Below are positions 1 to 13,103 of a stretch of DNA of 64,000 nucleotides, one piece after another (position 1 is the first letter of the stretch; the number at the start of each line of letters is the position of its first letter). Under the pieces are notes generated by a model. It saw nothing but the letters and a program-made list of their open reading frames with translations, did not search any database and had not been told where the DNA came from. The position numbers were made by a program, and so were the translations under genes. The DNA is from Podarcis muralis (lineage: Eukaryota). The DNA is taken from assembly GCF_964188315.1 (NCBI RefSeq), contig NC_135667.1, positions 8,432,001 to 8,496,000 of the forward strand. The letters are read 5' to 3'.

Positions 1-1305
1 TGCCGCCCCGGCCCAGCTTTCCCTCACTCAGTGCCAAGGCCTCAGGGCTGTATTCAAAATTAAAACTGAAACTTTCCAGAAAACCACAAAGCCAATGCTT
101 CAATGAAAAATAAAAGCCAGTAGGCCTTATCCAATAAGCCAGCAAGGGAAGAGCTGAATTGTCATGCAATCTGAGCATTTAAATGAAGAAATCGGGGGGG
201 GGGGGGGGTTAAAATGATATTGTCTCTCCGCTCTTGCCCATTTATTATTGATGCTATACTCTTCAATGGCTGGTTAACCATTAAGTTGGTCACTCTTGGA
301 GAGTGAGAGTATTTGATGGATTCCCCAAAGAAATGAGGAATTTTCTGGCTGACCTGCCTAGCACTCCTGTTGAGGTTCCTGCCTCATTGTGCAATGGTGG
401 GGTTTATACAGACATTGAATCAATGGATTCTAAGTACCCTCAACATCAATGTGGAGCAGTATTATTCCTGAAACTAACAATAGCCTCAGCAGGCACAATT
501 ATTTTGGGATTTGTTCTGGGTTGAGTAGTATCGGTGTCAACCAATGACAGGTATGCCTGATAACCTGCCCCTCACAGGGCAGATTGGGGTTGGTTTTGGC
601 TGCAGTCAGTGCTACTAAATATCTTTCAGCACTGTAGAAGTTGTGCTGTGGGGTGCTGCAGAGGACCATGTTCCTAATGTCCTTAGTGCTAATTGTATGA
701 TGTAGTCCTTGTGATTTGAGCATTAGGAAATTTGGGGCAAGGTGTCATCAGAAAACTGATTGTAGTCAGCTCTGTTTTGCTGTAACATCTAAATCATGAA
801 ATTTAGAAATCCCTGCTTAGCAGTCACAAAGTAAATAGTTTCACCACGACTTTCCAGCTTGCTTGCTTTGAAAAATTCCACTTTTGGGGCCACTGAAAGG
901 CAGGGGCAATTTGTAATCAGATTTGAATAAAGAAATCAAACCCAACATGTTTGTTTCTAAAAGTATGACTCTGAGGCAAAATACTCAGAATTATTATCTC
1001 TTCCAGCAATTATTGAAATAATTATATGTAGCTGACTTGGCAAAATCTTAAGAGACTTTCTGATTGCACCTGTAAAAAGTCAAGACTTTAATGAGTGTTT
1101 CCACTCTTATCCATACATCAAGGCATGCAATTATCAGGTTTGAATCTAATAAACTCGAATCTAAGAAACAGGTGAGCAAACACACAAACTAGAAAATGAT
1201 TGAAACATCTGAAAACATCTCAATATACTTTCAGTACAGCTATAGACTGGGAAACAGCTCTCCTTAAGAGATTTGTTGGAAGAGGATAAAAGCTACAAAG
1301 CTAGG

Positions 1306-4300
1306 ATGCTGTGGCTATTGCTGTTGCTGTCCCTGCAAATGCCTGTTGTATACAAAGCAGATAGTGTGCAGTGTCCAATGAAAAATCCTTTTCCTGTTCC
1401 TCATGAGTGGTACCAGCCAGGGGACTTCATCATTGGTGGGATTTCTTCGCAACTCTTTTATGTATTCTATGAAGTTTTCTTCAGAGAACACCCTTCACAG
1501 AATCTTTTTGATGTTTCATAGTAAGAGTTTTCAACCTACCGACAAGTCTCTTCAAGACTGAAAGCTTGATAGTTGATACTGTACATTGAAATTTATAAAC
1601 TCCTGAGCTAGATTTTGAATTGTACATTTCTGCTTCTTTTCTCTTTTTATTTTATCTTAATATATTTCATTTGGAATGGCATGGAAATAAAAGGGAATTT
1701 ATTTAAATACAGAGAACATAAAAAGTAAATGAATCAATAAAATACAATTAAAAATAATCATAACTATTTAATGCAAATATCCTGCAAACCACCTGACTGA
1801 ATTTGTGGAACACTAGAACTCTGGATTAAAATGATCCAGAAATTTATTTTTCCAGAAATGCATGTGTTGCAGTAGAGTATACATAAAACACATTCATTGA
1901 TCAAAATACCTCATGTCAGAACCTCATGCAAAAAACAAACAAACCCCACAAGAACCTAAAAAGAGGTGTTTACAGGAATTAGTATATTAGGAAAGTGTAC
2001 ACTGGACATGAGAAAATGTGAAGAACTAAATTTATGATTGGAAATATAAACTAAGATAAAACAAAATTGGAAGAATCACCCATAGGGAGCCACTGATCTT
2101 CAACACATCATCCATGTATACCCATCCACCCATTGAATTCAGTCGTGATAATACAATGTAAATGAGTAGAGCAAAAAAGATATTTATGAGTTAGAAAGCA
2201 CTTCATGAGACATGTGAAGTATTCAGATACCTAAATAGAGGGATGGGGGGGAAAGGATTTTTTTTAAAAAAAATCAACTGTGCTGCAAAGGTTGAGAAAG
2301 GCATGAAAGGCATGCAGAACACAGATGCCCTGATGAATCATACACTTTCATCAACTGTGTGTTGTCTGTTAGCTTAGAAACATGAATGACAAATGGCATA
2401 ACTTCATTTCAATAAAAATCATTTTAAACAAAGATGGTCAACATTATGGAATGTTGATTTTTATGCATTGTAGTATTCACCTCTGGACTTGTATATTAAT
2501 TAACTTCATTTGCAGCATGGTGACAAAATTCTACCAGCACATACTTGCCTTAGCATTTGCTGTGAAAGAGATCAATGAGAACCCCACAATCTTGCCCAAT
2601 ATCACTCTTGGGTTCCATATCTATGATAGCTATCATGATGCAAGGATGACCTATCGTAGCACATTAGACCTGCTCTTCAAATCTCACAGATTTGTCCCGA
2701 ATTATAAATGTGATCTCCAGAAAAACCTCATGGCCATCGTTGGGGGACTTAGCTTTGATACATCCTTCCATATGAGAGACAACATAGACCTCTACAAGAT
2801 TCCACAGGTAGGATCTCTGAAGAGCAGAAGCAGCATAATGACTTCCAAAGTGAATAGATTTCTGTTTTGTTTTGGGGGGTTTTTGAGCCGAATATCCCCA
2901 AATACCTAATCGTTGGATTATACATTGAGAATTCACATAACCGTTTGAAAAAAGGTTTCATGTTGCCAGTTTGTTTTGTGGGTGATGCCTGAGAAAAATA
3001 ATTAGCTATGCCACCCCATAAAAAGATGGAATTATCTACAGGGTAATGTCTAGTGCCTCCATTTTATAGTTTCTGTCACATGAACTTTAAATATGCACTT
3101 CTTCACTTTGAATTTTCACATGTTATATTTATATTTTAGCACCAACCCTACTCTCTTGATTGTCATTCATTTGTTGATTTAATTTGTATGTTTCTATTAC
3201 ACATAGACACACACACACACACAATGCTCAAAGTGGAATGCCAAAAAGGATCAGGGATGCATTTCAGACAAACACTACAAAAGCAATTTTATAATGACAT
3301 AACAAACCAATTAAAAAACAAATAATTTCATAGTAATACAGAAAAATAATAGTGAATGTTATTGGCCTCTGTCTTTCTCAAGAGATGATGGAGTGTGCAT
3401 CCATGGGTGAAGTCAAACCTCTGAAGAATTATTTCGTTATTTTGGCTGCACTAGCAGTGCTGAAGTGATCTTCCCAGGGAAGAAGCCTGGGCAGTGTATA
3501 TGGATGTCTAGTCCTACTCTGCCCAGACTAGAAGACCTCTCAGTCTTGCTGATGTGATCCAAAGGAAAACAAAGCAATATATTTGGCACCAGCTTGGCCA
3601 CAGAAGTTGCAAAAGGAAGGAGTACAATACACCATTCAACTTGACTCCACATTTGTGAAGAGTTTATTCGTTAACCTTCCCTTCTCCTGAGAAAATACCA
3701 AACACACATGCAAAATTCCTTAATATGCAGAGTCTAATAGCAAAACTAAGAAGGGAGATGAACAATTTCACCTTTGTCGTAGCAACATCCCTCCTTTGAT
3801 GTTGCTCTCATTCCCTCACCTGAAGAAGCTGTTTACGAGGCTTCCAAGGGCAAAGTGAAGGTAGCTCGAAACACCTGCCATGATGCTGCTCTTTTTTCTA
3901 CTGGATGTTAAATTATTGGAAACATCCTAGCACCTGTTGTTAAAGGGCAGGCTGGATATAAAATGACTGTATTTACTATCATTATTATTGATGTGATTCC
4001 AAGTTTCAGAAAGTGTCTATACACAGTCCTTAAACATGAGAGGCATGTTCCCAGGAAAGGCCTATTATGACTGATGAATGATTTTTTTGAGTTGTGAAAA
4101 TATCTCAATAACTGTAGAAAATTAACAGAAGTCATTGCACATAATGTGTTTCAGTAATATTGGTGCATTTTTTGTAGCTCACTTATGGCTCATTTCCCAC
4201 TGAGGAGGAGAGTGAGGAAAGTCATATCTATTCCTTCTACCGCATGGTTCCAAATGAAGCCCATCAATACATGGGAATTATCAGCTTGCTTAAGCATTTT

Positions 4301-5091
4301 GGATGGATATGGGTTGGAATCTTTGTTGTGGACGATGAAAGTGGAGAAAATTTCTTGCAGACCATGGAACCCTTGTTATCCAAAAATGGAATCTGTTCTG
4401 CCTTCACACAAAAGCTCCCAAAACTACCCCGTTATGATAACCCTGCGGGAGTTTACGATGTCCTATTAAGTAGTTACAATGATGTCAAAGATGACAAAGC
4501 CCACACATTTATTATCTATGGAGAATCTATGGCACTCGTATGGCTGACAGCTATTTTCTTTTTTCTACAAGATATTGAAAAAAATGACATTGAATCAGTT
4601 ACAAAAGTTTGGATCATAACAACTCAGATTGATTTCATGTTGACAGGGCTTCAAAGGAGCTGGGATCTTGGTCTCTTCCAAGGTGCCATTTGCTTCACAA
4701 TTCACTCAAAAAAGCTTCAAGGGTTCCACGACTTTCTTCAGAGAATAAAGCCTGATGGGATAAAAGAAAATGGTTTTCTGAAGGACTTCTGGGAGCAAGC
4801 ATTTGACTGTGATTTTCCAAACCCCAATGTGTCAATGGACACAAGTGAGCAATGTACAAGAGAGGAGAGCCTGGAGAGTCTTCCTGATCCACTCTTTGAA
4901 ATGAGCATGACTGGCCACAGCTATAGTATCTACAATGCTGTCCATGTGGTGGCTCATGCTTTACATGACATTTCTTTAACAAGATCAACGTGCAGAGCAA
5001 TGATGGGTCATAACACATTTGAACTTCAAGATCTGCAGCCTTGGCAGGTAATGTGCTGAAAATAAGTCCGCATTGTCATTTACAAAAACAT

Positions 5092-5122
<31 letters not shown>

Positions 5123-8100
5123 TCATGAACTGGTATTTAGCAATATATTATTTAACAAAGGTTTTTATATTTACGTTACATTCTGGCCTGAAAAGACACT
5201 TAGTCTTCAGTGCATAAGGCAGGTTTTTATCTTCTATGGAAAAATAGAATTTTTTTTTCACTTTTGGTCTTTTTTAGATAAGATGTGTAGTAAGATGTGT
5301 GTTTCTGTATCTCGGCATTACATTGAAAATCTTCATTTCTCTCACCCCCCCCCCTTTTTCTTTTAAACTTTCAATCAGCTCCATATTTATCTTCATGGCA
5401 TTTCATTTAACAATTCAGCTGGAGAAACACTGTCCTTTACTACTAAAAAGGAAATAGGAGGTGGATTTGACATCATGAACATGGTCATATTCCCAAACAG
5501 GTCCTTCCTTCGAGTGAAAATTGGAGAGGTGGATGATACTGCTCCAGAAGGAAGGAGATTCATCATTCATGAAGACATGATAATGTGGCATAAAGGTTTT
5601 AACCAGGTTAGCATCCTAACAGTATTTTGTTTGTTTGTTTCTTTCTTTGTTTGGGGGGTGGGGGTCTGTTGTAACCTACAAATGTGTCTTGACAGAAGAG
5701 TTATTTTTTCTACACACCCTCTTTCTTTCTATTGAAAAATGTCATAGGAATAAAACTGCTGTCTGGCCAAATGAAAGCCTAAGCACAATACAAAATTGAA
5801 AAGCTAAGTTATATTTTCTGCCATGCTATATGTGCCCCAGGCTCTTAAAGACCCAGAAAACTAGCACATTGAAAGCCTAGTTGCAACACTGAACCATCAG
5901 CAATCAATGGTATATTTGTCGTAGATTAAACCTATGTGTCAGGGATGGGGCAGAGAGTTCAGAACTACAACAATGGGTTGGGGTAGATAACAGCTCAGAG
6001 GCACATGTGGGGGAAAACTGGGAAATAATGGGAGAAGAGAAAGAAGAAGCAGATGTGGGGAACAGCTGATGGACATAGTGTGTTTAGAAAGCATCCCAGA
6101 CCTTCCCTCTCCCAGAACCCAGTGAGCATTGAAAGTAGGAGAGCAGAGAGCTCAGAGGAAGACACAGTGACACAGTGACACAGTGAAGTCACATGAAGGG
6201 AGAAATCGAGGGAGAGGGGACTCACTTGGGGCAACACCATTATTCCAATAGTCTTCTTTTCCAAGCCTCTCACTCTGAATGTTGAATAAAAAGCAGTTGG
6301 TAAGAACTTTTCCATGTCTTATCCATTCCTTCTGACTTGACGTGAGGGTAGGGTCCCCTGCCACCTGACACTATGCATCATTTGAGGGATCTCAGCATTG
6401 GGTTATCTCTGTTTCCATTGCTTCAATCTCAATTGAAGAAATCATGCTGGACATGTGAAGTCCACACTTCCAATCCTTTGCATGTCTAAATTGGATTGGT
6501 AAACATCAGAAACAACTTCTGATAATGTTAGAAAGCAAGAGGACTTGAAGGTCAGACTGTAGATAAAGCTGCATCTTATGCAATAATTCATGTAAGAAAT
6601 TCAGTAAGAGAACTTCTTTTTACTCTCTAACCTGAAACCCCTTTCCTATTTATGGATAGGTGATGCCCATTTCGGTGTGCAATGAGCACTGCCCCCCTGG
6701 TCTTCAGAAGAAAAGAAAGGAAGGTGAAAAATTTTGCTGCTATGATTGTGCTGCATGTCCAGAAGGCAAGATTTCAGACCAGAATGGTACATGGGAAGGA
6801 AATCACTTTTATTTTCATCACAAAGTATTGTCACTGATTCTGCCTAAGAACTAATGAAAAATGTTTACCATGCTGTGCATGTAAGAAAGCTATCCTAATA
6901 TTCCTTGTGCAATGCTATCTGTATGGATTTGGCAGTAAGCCTCAATGAAGACCAAATGATTTAGTCGACCATATACTTTAAGATATCAAAAAAGGTAGAA
7001 ATATGGAAATAGTTTAAGCAAGACTATTATAACCTCATGAGTCTGACCAAACTGCGGGAGGCAGTGGAAGACAGGAGTGCCTGGCGTGCTCTAGTCCATG
7101 GGGTCACGAAGAGTCGGACACGACTAAACGACTAAACAACAACAATTATAACCTCAGCAGTCAAGTGATAATGGTGATAGAACTGATGATGGTGATGACT
7201 ACTTCAATCTGCTCAGATGTGAGATCTAAACTTGATTATATGCCGCAGGTTCTGGGTCTGATAGCTGTTTCACCCCAGTTCCCTCTGCAACAGATGCCGC
7301 ATTAAGGGGGAGGCTTTGCCCCATTCCATAACAGCACAAATAATATTTGAGAGTCAAGGATAAGTCTTTGGCATATATGCTGAGAAAATAAAATTAAGGT
7401 ACTTAACAGAACTTTTTGCAATTGATGGATGAGAAGATAAATTAGGTTATGGAATAAGAACACAAAATCTAATTACAAAAGGATCATTTAGAAACCCTAG
7501 TGAAATCGTAACATCCTGGATGAGTAAGGGTAAGACTGGTAACCATGCAATGAGCACCCCAAAGATAAAACCAATTAGATCCCCAAAGATGGGATAGTTA
7601 TACTGCATTTCCTTTGAAAAATACAAATATATATTACATAATTGTATATTACATAATTGCCAATTCTCTTAAATCCTCGATGGTCAGAAAAACACTATAT
7701 TATTGATACTTACCAAACCTTCACCCACTAACAAAAACATTCTTCATAAGACAATAGTAGTATACTTTATTTTTGCATCGCATCGTTTTCAGAATGGTAT
7801 GTGATTGGGTCATATAAGATGCATAATTTCAAAGATACGGGAATATCTTCAGTGTGATGCAGAAGTCAGTAAATTTTGTTGTAGGTGTGAACTGATTAGT
7901 TCAAAATTTTAAAAGGGGGTGTGAACTCTAACACATATCAAAAAGTTCAGGTTCCTTTAATTCCAAGTTTGCTAAATTTTAATGTGGGTAGAAGTCTGGC
8001 CAATATAGGTTTCAACAGTGTGAGTGGTGTCCCTACTCGCAAATCAGTAATCAATTGTAACAAAAACTAATCCATTCAGAAGTATGTATTCTGACAAGGA

Positions 8101-9442
8101 TTACAAACTCATAAAGAGACTACAAACTCAAACAGACTAAAAACTCGAACACATGATATGCATAACACAATAATAACAGGATTAGAGATGAGAGTTTATG
8201 AATAGAGATAAGTTCATGTAAGTCCATAGTCAGATTCGACATGAAGGTCTTGGTTTGAATCATTGAGCAGAAGTCAGAAGTCAATTATGGATCAGAAACC
8301 AGGACACGGCACTGTTTCGATGTATTCACCTTCATCAGCTGGAAGTATCAAACATTTTTCTTGGTATGTTTAATAACAAGAACTCCAACTTATTTAAAAT
8401 TTTAATGTGGTGCATTGGTTTATGGTAAAATAATGAATTATATAATTAGCTGTGGACTCACTAAGAATTAGCAAGTGTATATGGAAGGCAAAAAAAGCTT
8501 ATGAATTGTCTTTGGAATTTGACCTATTTCTGTACTTCAGATCTGGATGACTGTTTCAGATGCCCAGAAGATCAATATCCCAACAAGAAGAGAAACCAAT
8601 GCATCTCCAAAACTATGAGCTTTCTTTCCTATGAAGAACCTTTTGGGATCAGCTTAGCTTCCATTGCTCTTTCTTTTTCCCTTCTCACAACTCTGGTGTT
8701 AGGCACTTTTGTGAAGCACAAAGATACTCCCATTGTCAAAGCCAACAACCGAGCCCTCACCTACACTCTCCTGGTCTCTCTTCTGCTCTGCTTCCTATCT
8801 TCTTTGCTGTTTATCGGCAAACCTGAGAAAGTGACTTGCCTTTTCAGGCAACCTGCTTTTGGCATGATCTTCTCTGTGGCTATTTCTTGCATGCTGGCCA
8901 AAACAATCACTGTAGTTGTAGCTTTCATGGCCACCAAGCCAGGCTCTAGCATGAGGAGGTGGGTAGGGCAAAGACTGGCCTACTCTGTTGTAGTTTCCTG
9001 TTCTTTTATTCAATATAATGTTTGTGTTCTGTGGTTGATGACATCACCCCCATTCCCCGATTTAGATATGCACTCTGTGACCACAGAAATCATTGTGCAA
9101 TGTAATGAAGGGTCTGTGACCCTGTTTTACTGTGTCCTGGGCTACATGGGCCTCCTGGCCATTGCCAGTTTCATTGTGGCATTTCTGGCCCGCAGATTAC
9201 CTGACAGTTTTAATGAAGCCAAATTCATTACCTTCAGCATGTTGCTGTTTTGCAGTGTTTGGCTTTCTTTTGTTCCAACTTACCTGAGCACCAAAGGGAA
9301 ATACATGGTAGTGGTGGAGATTATCTCCATCTTGGCCTCCAGTGCTGGGTTATTGGGCTGCATCTTCGCTCCAAAATGCTACATCATTGCCTTGAGGCCT
9401 GAGTTGAACAACAGAGAACAATTAATAAGGAGAAAGAATTAA
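1306..9442 (+). CDS. Vmn2r: V2R gene 1, complete six-exon vomeronasal type-2 receptor (~877 aa)
   Basis: Exons 1306-1520, 2516-2807, 4178-5047, 5379-5606, 6660-6786, 8541-9442; all GT-AG, phases compatible, total 2634 nt. Signal peptide, [31 protein letters not shown], Cys-rich domain (CNEHC..CCYDC..C) and 7TM with [12 protein letters not shown]. Symbol is family-level only. Confidence 0.95.
5937..6370 (+). mobile_element. Solo LTR in gene 1 intron 4
   Basis: TGTCAGG...CCTGACA inverted termini, 5-bp TSD CTATG (5932-5936, 6371-6375), AATAAA at 6285; absent at the paralogous site in copy 3 (about 21083). Confidence 0.8.
7038..7144 (+). mobile_element. RTE-BovB LINE 3' end
   Basis: GGGGTCACGAAGAGTCGGACACGACTAAACGACTAAACAACAAC tail; 12-bp TSD ATTATAACCTCA (7026-7037, 7145-7156); empty site in copy 3 intron 5. 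Confidence 0.85.
8299..8342 (-). ncRNA. Type I hammerhead ribozyme motif (Penelope-like element remnant)
   Basis: Minus strand reads CCAG CUGAUGA A GGUG AAUA CAUC GAAA CA GUGCCG UG UC CUGG: stem I CCAG/CUGG, canonical CUGAUGA and GAAA cores, GUC cleavage triplet. Confidence 0.7.
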
Positions 9443-11712
9443 ATAGAACCTTAGGGATTTTCCTTCATTGTCTTCTATATGTGAAGTGGAATTGTTTAAG
9501 ACCAAGGCCATTTTACCTACATCCTCTGCTAGAGATTCTGCTGTTATTCCAGTGCCAAACCAACAATTTCTGCATGTGAACCTATTTTCCAGTGACAGTC
9601 CCAGATTTACAGAAGATATCCCAGTTTCCAATGTAATCCCAGGATATCCCAGTTTTCCTTAGGATGTCCCTATTTTCATGGGAGAAATGTTGGAATGTAT
9701 GGAACAGGATTTTCTTATTTTCATCACAGAAATATTGAAGGGTATAATATAACTTACAAGAAACCCAGTGTAGGGCTGCACAATTTAGAGGAGGGTGGGT
9801 GGGAAGGAAGTATAGGTGTATTGAGGTAACTCTGTGTTGGTGCGAGAACACCACACAACTAAGGGAAAAGAGGCGTGAAAAGGGGGAATTGTACATGTTA
9901 GGAAAATGTGTTAGTGAAGCACTTAAAAGACAATGCAATGCAATACGCAGGGAATGTGCATATTATATCAGAGTAAAATGCAGTCCGTTTCCATATGTTT
10001 GCACCTACCACACCATTATAAAAGCTTATTGTCAGTAATGTTACGAGGCTATTATTGTATTGTAATTGATATTGTAATTGAAAACTAATAAAAATTATCA
10101 TTATAAAAATAGTAATAAAACCTTATTTTCCTTCTGCTATGGTTTGGACAGATCAGCAAACAGTAGTCCCGCTCCATAGCGTACTTTATCGCAATGTAAT
10201 CTAATTTTACAGTAGCTTCTTGTGTATCTGATTGGCCTGTAAGATCCTTCACCTTGATGACACAAGTGTATTCTGCTCTGAATTCATTCATACTCTTGAG
10301 AAATGGGAGCTGCCATTGCTTTGGTAAAACTGGGGTTTGGCAGCCGCCATCGGATGAGGCCGGAAACTGAATCCTAGTTTTTGTTTTTGTTTCCCTCATT
10401 TTTTCCACACTTACGTACTGCAGATTTCGTCCTGCCTATGCTTCAATAAATAAATGCCAGGAGGCCTTATCCAATAAGCCAGTTAGGGAAGAGCTGAATT
10501 GTCATGCAATCTGAGCATTTAACAGAAGAAATCAGGGTTCCCCCCCCCCAAATTATATTGTCTCTCCCCCCCCTCCCCATTTATTATTGCTGCTAATACT
10601 CTTCAATGGCTAGGGAACCATTGAGTTGTTCACTGTTGTAGAGTAAGAGAATTTGATGGATTCCCCAAAGAAATGAGGGATTTTTTCGCTGATCTGCATA
10701 GCTCTCCTGTTAAGGCTCTTGTCTCACTGTGTAATGGTGGGATTTACAGAGCCATTGAATCAATGGATTCTAAGTACCCTGAACATCACTGTGGAGCAGT
10801 ATTATTCCTAAAACTAACAATAGCCTCACCAGGCACAATTATTTTGGGATTTGTTCTGGACCGAATTGTATCGGCGTCAACTCAGGGCAGGTCTGTCTGA
10901 TTACCCGCCCTCCCCCAGCTGTTTGGGGGTGGTTTTGGCTGCAGGCAGTGCTACTAAATATCTTTCAGCACTGTAGAAGTTGTGCTGTGGGCTGCTCCAG
11001 AGGACCAATTTCCTAGTTTCCCTTGTGCTCATTATATGATGTGGTCTATGTCATTTGAGCATTAGGAAATTTGAGGCAAGGTGTCATCAGAAAACTGATC
11101 GTACTCAGCTCTGTTTTGCTGTAATATCTAAATCATTAAATTTAGAAATCCCTGCTTTGCAGTCAAAAAGTAAATAGCTTCAACATGACTTTCCAGTTTG
11201 CTTGCTCAGAAAAAAAATCCACTTTTGGGGCCACTAAGAGGCAGAGGCACTATGTAATCAGATTTGGATAAACAAATCGAACCCAACTTGTTGGTTACAA
11301 AAAGTGTGATTGAGGCAAAATACTCAGAAGATTATTATCTCTTCCAGCAATTATCCAAATAATTATATGTGGTTCACTTGGCCAAATCTTAACAGATTTT
11401 CTGATTGCACCTGAAAAGAGTCAAAATTTTAATGAGTGTTGACACTCTTATGCATATATCCAGGCATGCATTTATCAGGATTTGATTCTAATACGTAGCT
11501 GACAATTCACACTTTGAGATTTATCATTATTTTTATTTCCATTGTCAGGGATCATCAAATGCTGCCGACTCCTCCTAAAAGAAACCATGACAGCAAACAC
11601 AGAAAATATAAAACAACTGAAAACATCTAAAAATAATTTGAGTACAGATATAGACTGGGAAACATCTCTGCTTAAGAGATTTGTTGTAGGGGAGAAAGGT
11701 TACACCGGTAGG

Positions 11713-11927
11713 ATGTTGTGGCTATTGGTGTTGCTGTTCCTGAAAATGCCTGTTGTGTGTAGAGCAGATAATATCCGGTATCCAATGAAAGACCCTTTTC
11801 CTGTTCCTCATGAGTGGTACCAGCAAGGGGACTTCATCATAGATGGGATTTCTTCTCAAATCCTTCACATATTCTCTGAAGTTTTCTTCAGAGAACACCC
11901 TTCACAGAATCTGTTCGATGTTTCATA
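11713..11927 (+). CDS. Vmn2r: V2R exon 1 of copy 2 (own exons 2-5 deleted; candidate first exon of a chimeric gene)
   Basis: ATG 11713, MLWLLVLLFL signal peptide, HEWYQQGDFIIDGI, phase-2 donor TA|GTAAG at 11927/8; 215 bp as in gene 1; upstream 10430-11710 is paralogous to the gene 1 upstream region. Confidence 0.85.
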
Positions 11928-12817
11928 GTAAGTGTTTCCATCCTATCCAACAAATCTCTTTCCTTTTCTGTAATCTCCTTAAGATTGAAAGCTTGATGGT
12001 TGAGACTGTACACTGACACTTATAAGCTGCTGAGCTAGATTTTGAATTGTACATTTCTGCTTCTTTTATTTTTATATTTTATTTAATATATTTCATTTGG
12101 AATGGCATGGAAAGCTAAGGAAATTCAATAAAACACATAGAACATAAAAACTAAATAATTCAATTAAATACTGATTAAAAGAAGCAGAAATGTTTAATGT
12201 AAATGTCCTGCAAACTATTTGACTCCCTTGACCCCTGGATTAAAATTGTTCATAAAAATAATGTCTCCAAAAATATGTTGCAGTTACGTGTACATAAAAC
12301 ACATGTATTAATTAAAATATATCATGCTAGAGAATATTGCAAAAAACACAAAACAACCTCAAAAGAGGTATTTACAGGAATCAGTATATTAGGCAAGATT
12401 TCATATAGCAAGTATCCATTGGTCTGATGTGAAAATGTAAAGAACTGAATCTAAGATTGGAAATATAAACATGAAATATGAACACGATAACACGGAATTG
12501 GTAGAATTGCCCATATGGAGCCACTGAACTTCAACACATCTATGTATATCCATCCACTCAGAGAAAAGTCCTATTGAATTCAGTTCAGGCTATACATGGT
12601 AAACAAGTATAGCAAAAAGACATTTTTTAGTCGGAAAGCACTTCATGAGATATTTGAAGTATTCAGCTACCTAAAGAGAAGGATTTTTTCTTTTTCTTTT
12701 TTCTTTTTTCAACTAGAGCAAAGTTTCAGAAAGGGATGAAAGGTGGGTGTGTCAAAGAACCACACAGAACACAGATGCCCCGATGAGTCATACACTTTCA
12801 TCAACTGTGTGTTGTCT

Positions 12818-13033
12818 AAACAAAAAAAAATTCCTTCCAGTAGCACCTTAAAGACCAACTAAGTTAGTTCTTGGTATGAGCTTTCGTGTGCATGCACACT
12901 TCTTCAGATACACAGAAGTGTGCATGCACACGAAAGCTCATACCAAGAACTAACTTAGTTGGTCTTTAAGGTGCTACTGGAAGGAATTTTTTTTTGTTTT
13001 GACTATGGCAGACCAACACGGCTACCCATCTGT
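12818..13033. mobile_element. Penelope-like element remnant forming a perfect 86-bp inverted repeat
   Basis: Arms 12818-12903 and 12914-12999 are exact reverse complements around a 10-nt loop; 15-bp TSD AACTGTGTGTTGTCT (12803-12817, 13034-13048); single-copy empty site in gene 1 (about 2353-2367). The PLE assignment rests on recalled similarity to squamate PLE termini and on the hammerhead motif. Confidence 0.8.
12874..12911 (-). ncRNA. Minimal type I hammerhead ribozyme motif (PLE-type)
   Basis: Minus strand reads GUAU CUGAAGA A GUGUGC AU GCACAC GAAA GC UC AUAC: stem I GUAU/AUAC, CUGANGA core, palindromic stem II, GAAA, minimal stem III. Confidence 0.65.
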
Positions 13034-13103
13034 AACTGTGTGTTGTCTGTTAGCTGAGAAACATGTATTACAAAAGGGATAACTTCATTTCAATAAAAAC
13101 CAT

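Noticed and set aside
1519-1521. Apparent stop codons (TAG/TAA) ending every exon 1 ORF
   Set aside because: They overlap the phase-2 GTAAG donor; splicing gives TAC/TAT/CAT/CAA, so these are not nonsense mutations.
2322-2355. CTGATGA followed by a small hairpin in gene 1 intron 1
   Set aside because: No GAAA core or stem I partner, so not a hammerhead.
3437-3652. Minus-strand ORF conserved with 18613-18816
   Set aside because: Conservation is explained by recent paralogy of intron 2; no recognisable domain.
8761-8952. Recurrent antisense ORFs over exon 6 (also 23187, 33737, 43747, 54949)
   Set aside because: Shadow frames of the conserved 7TM coding exon.
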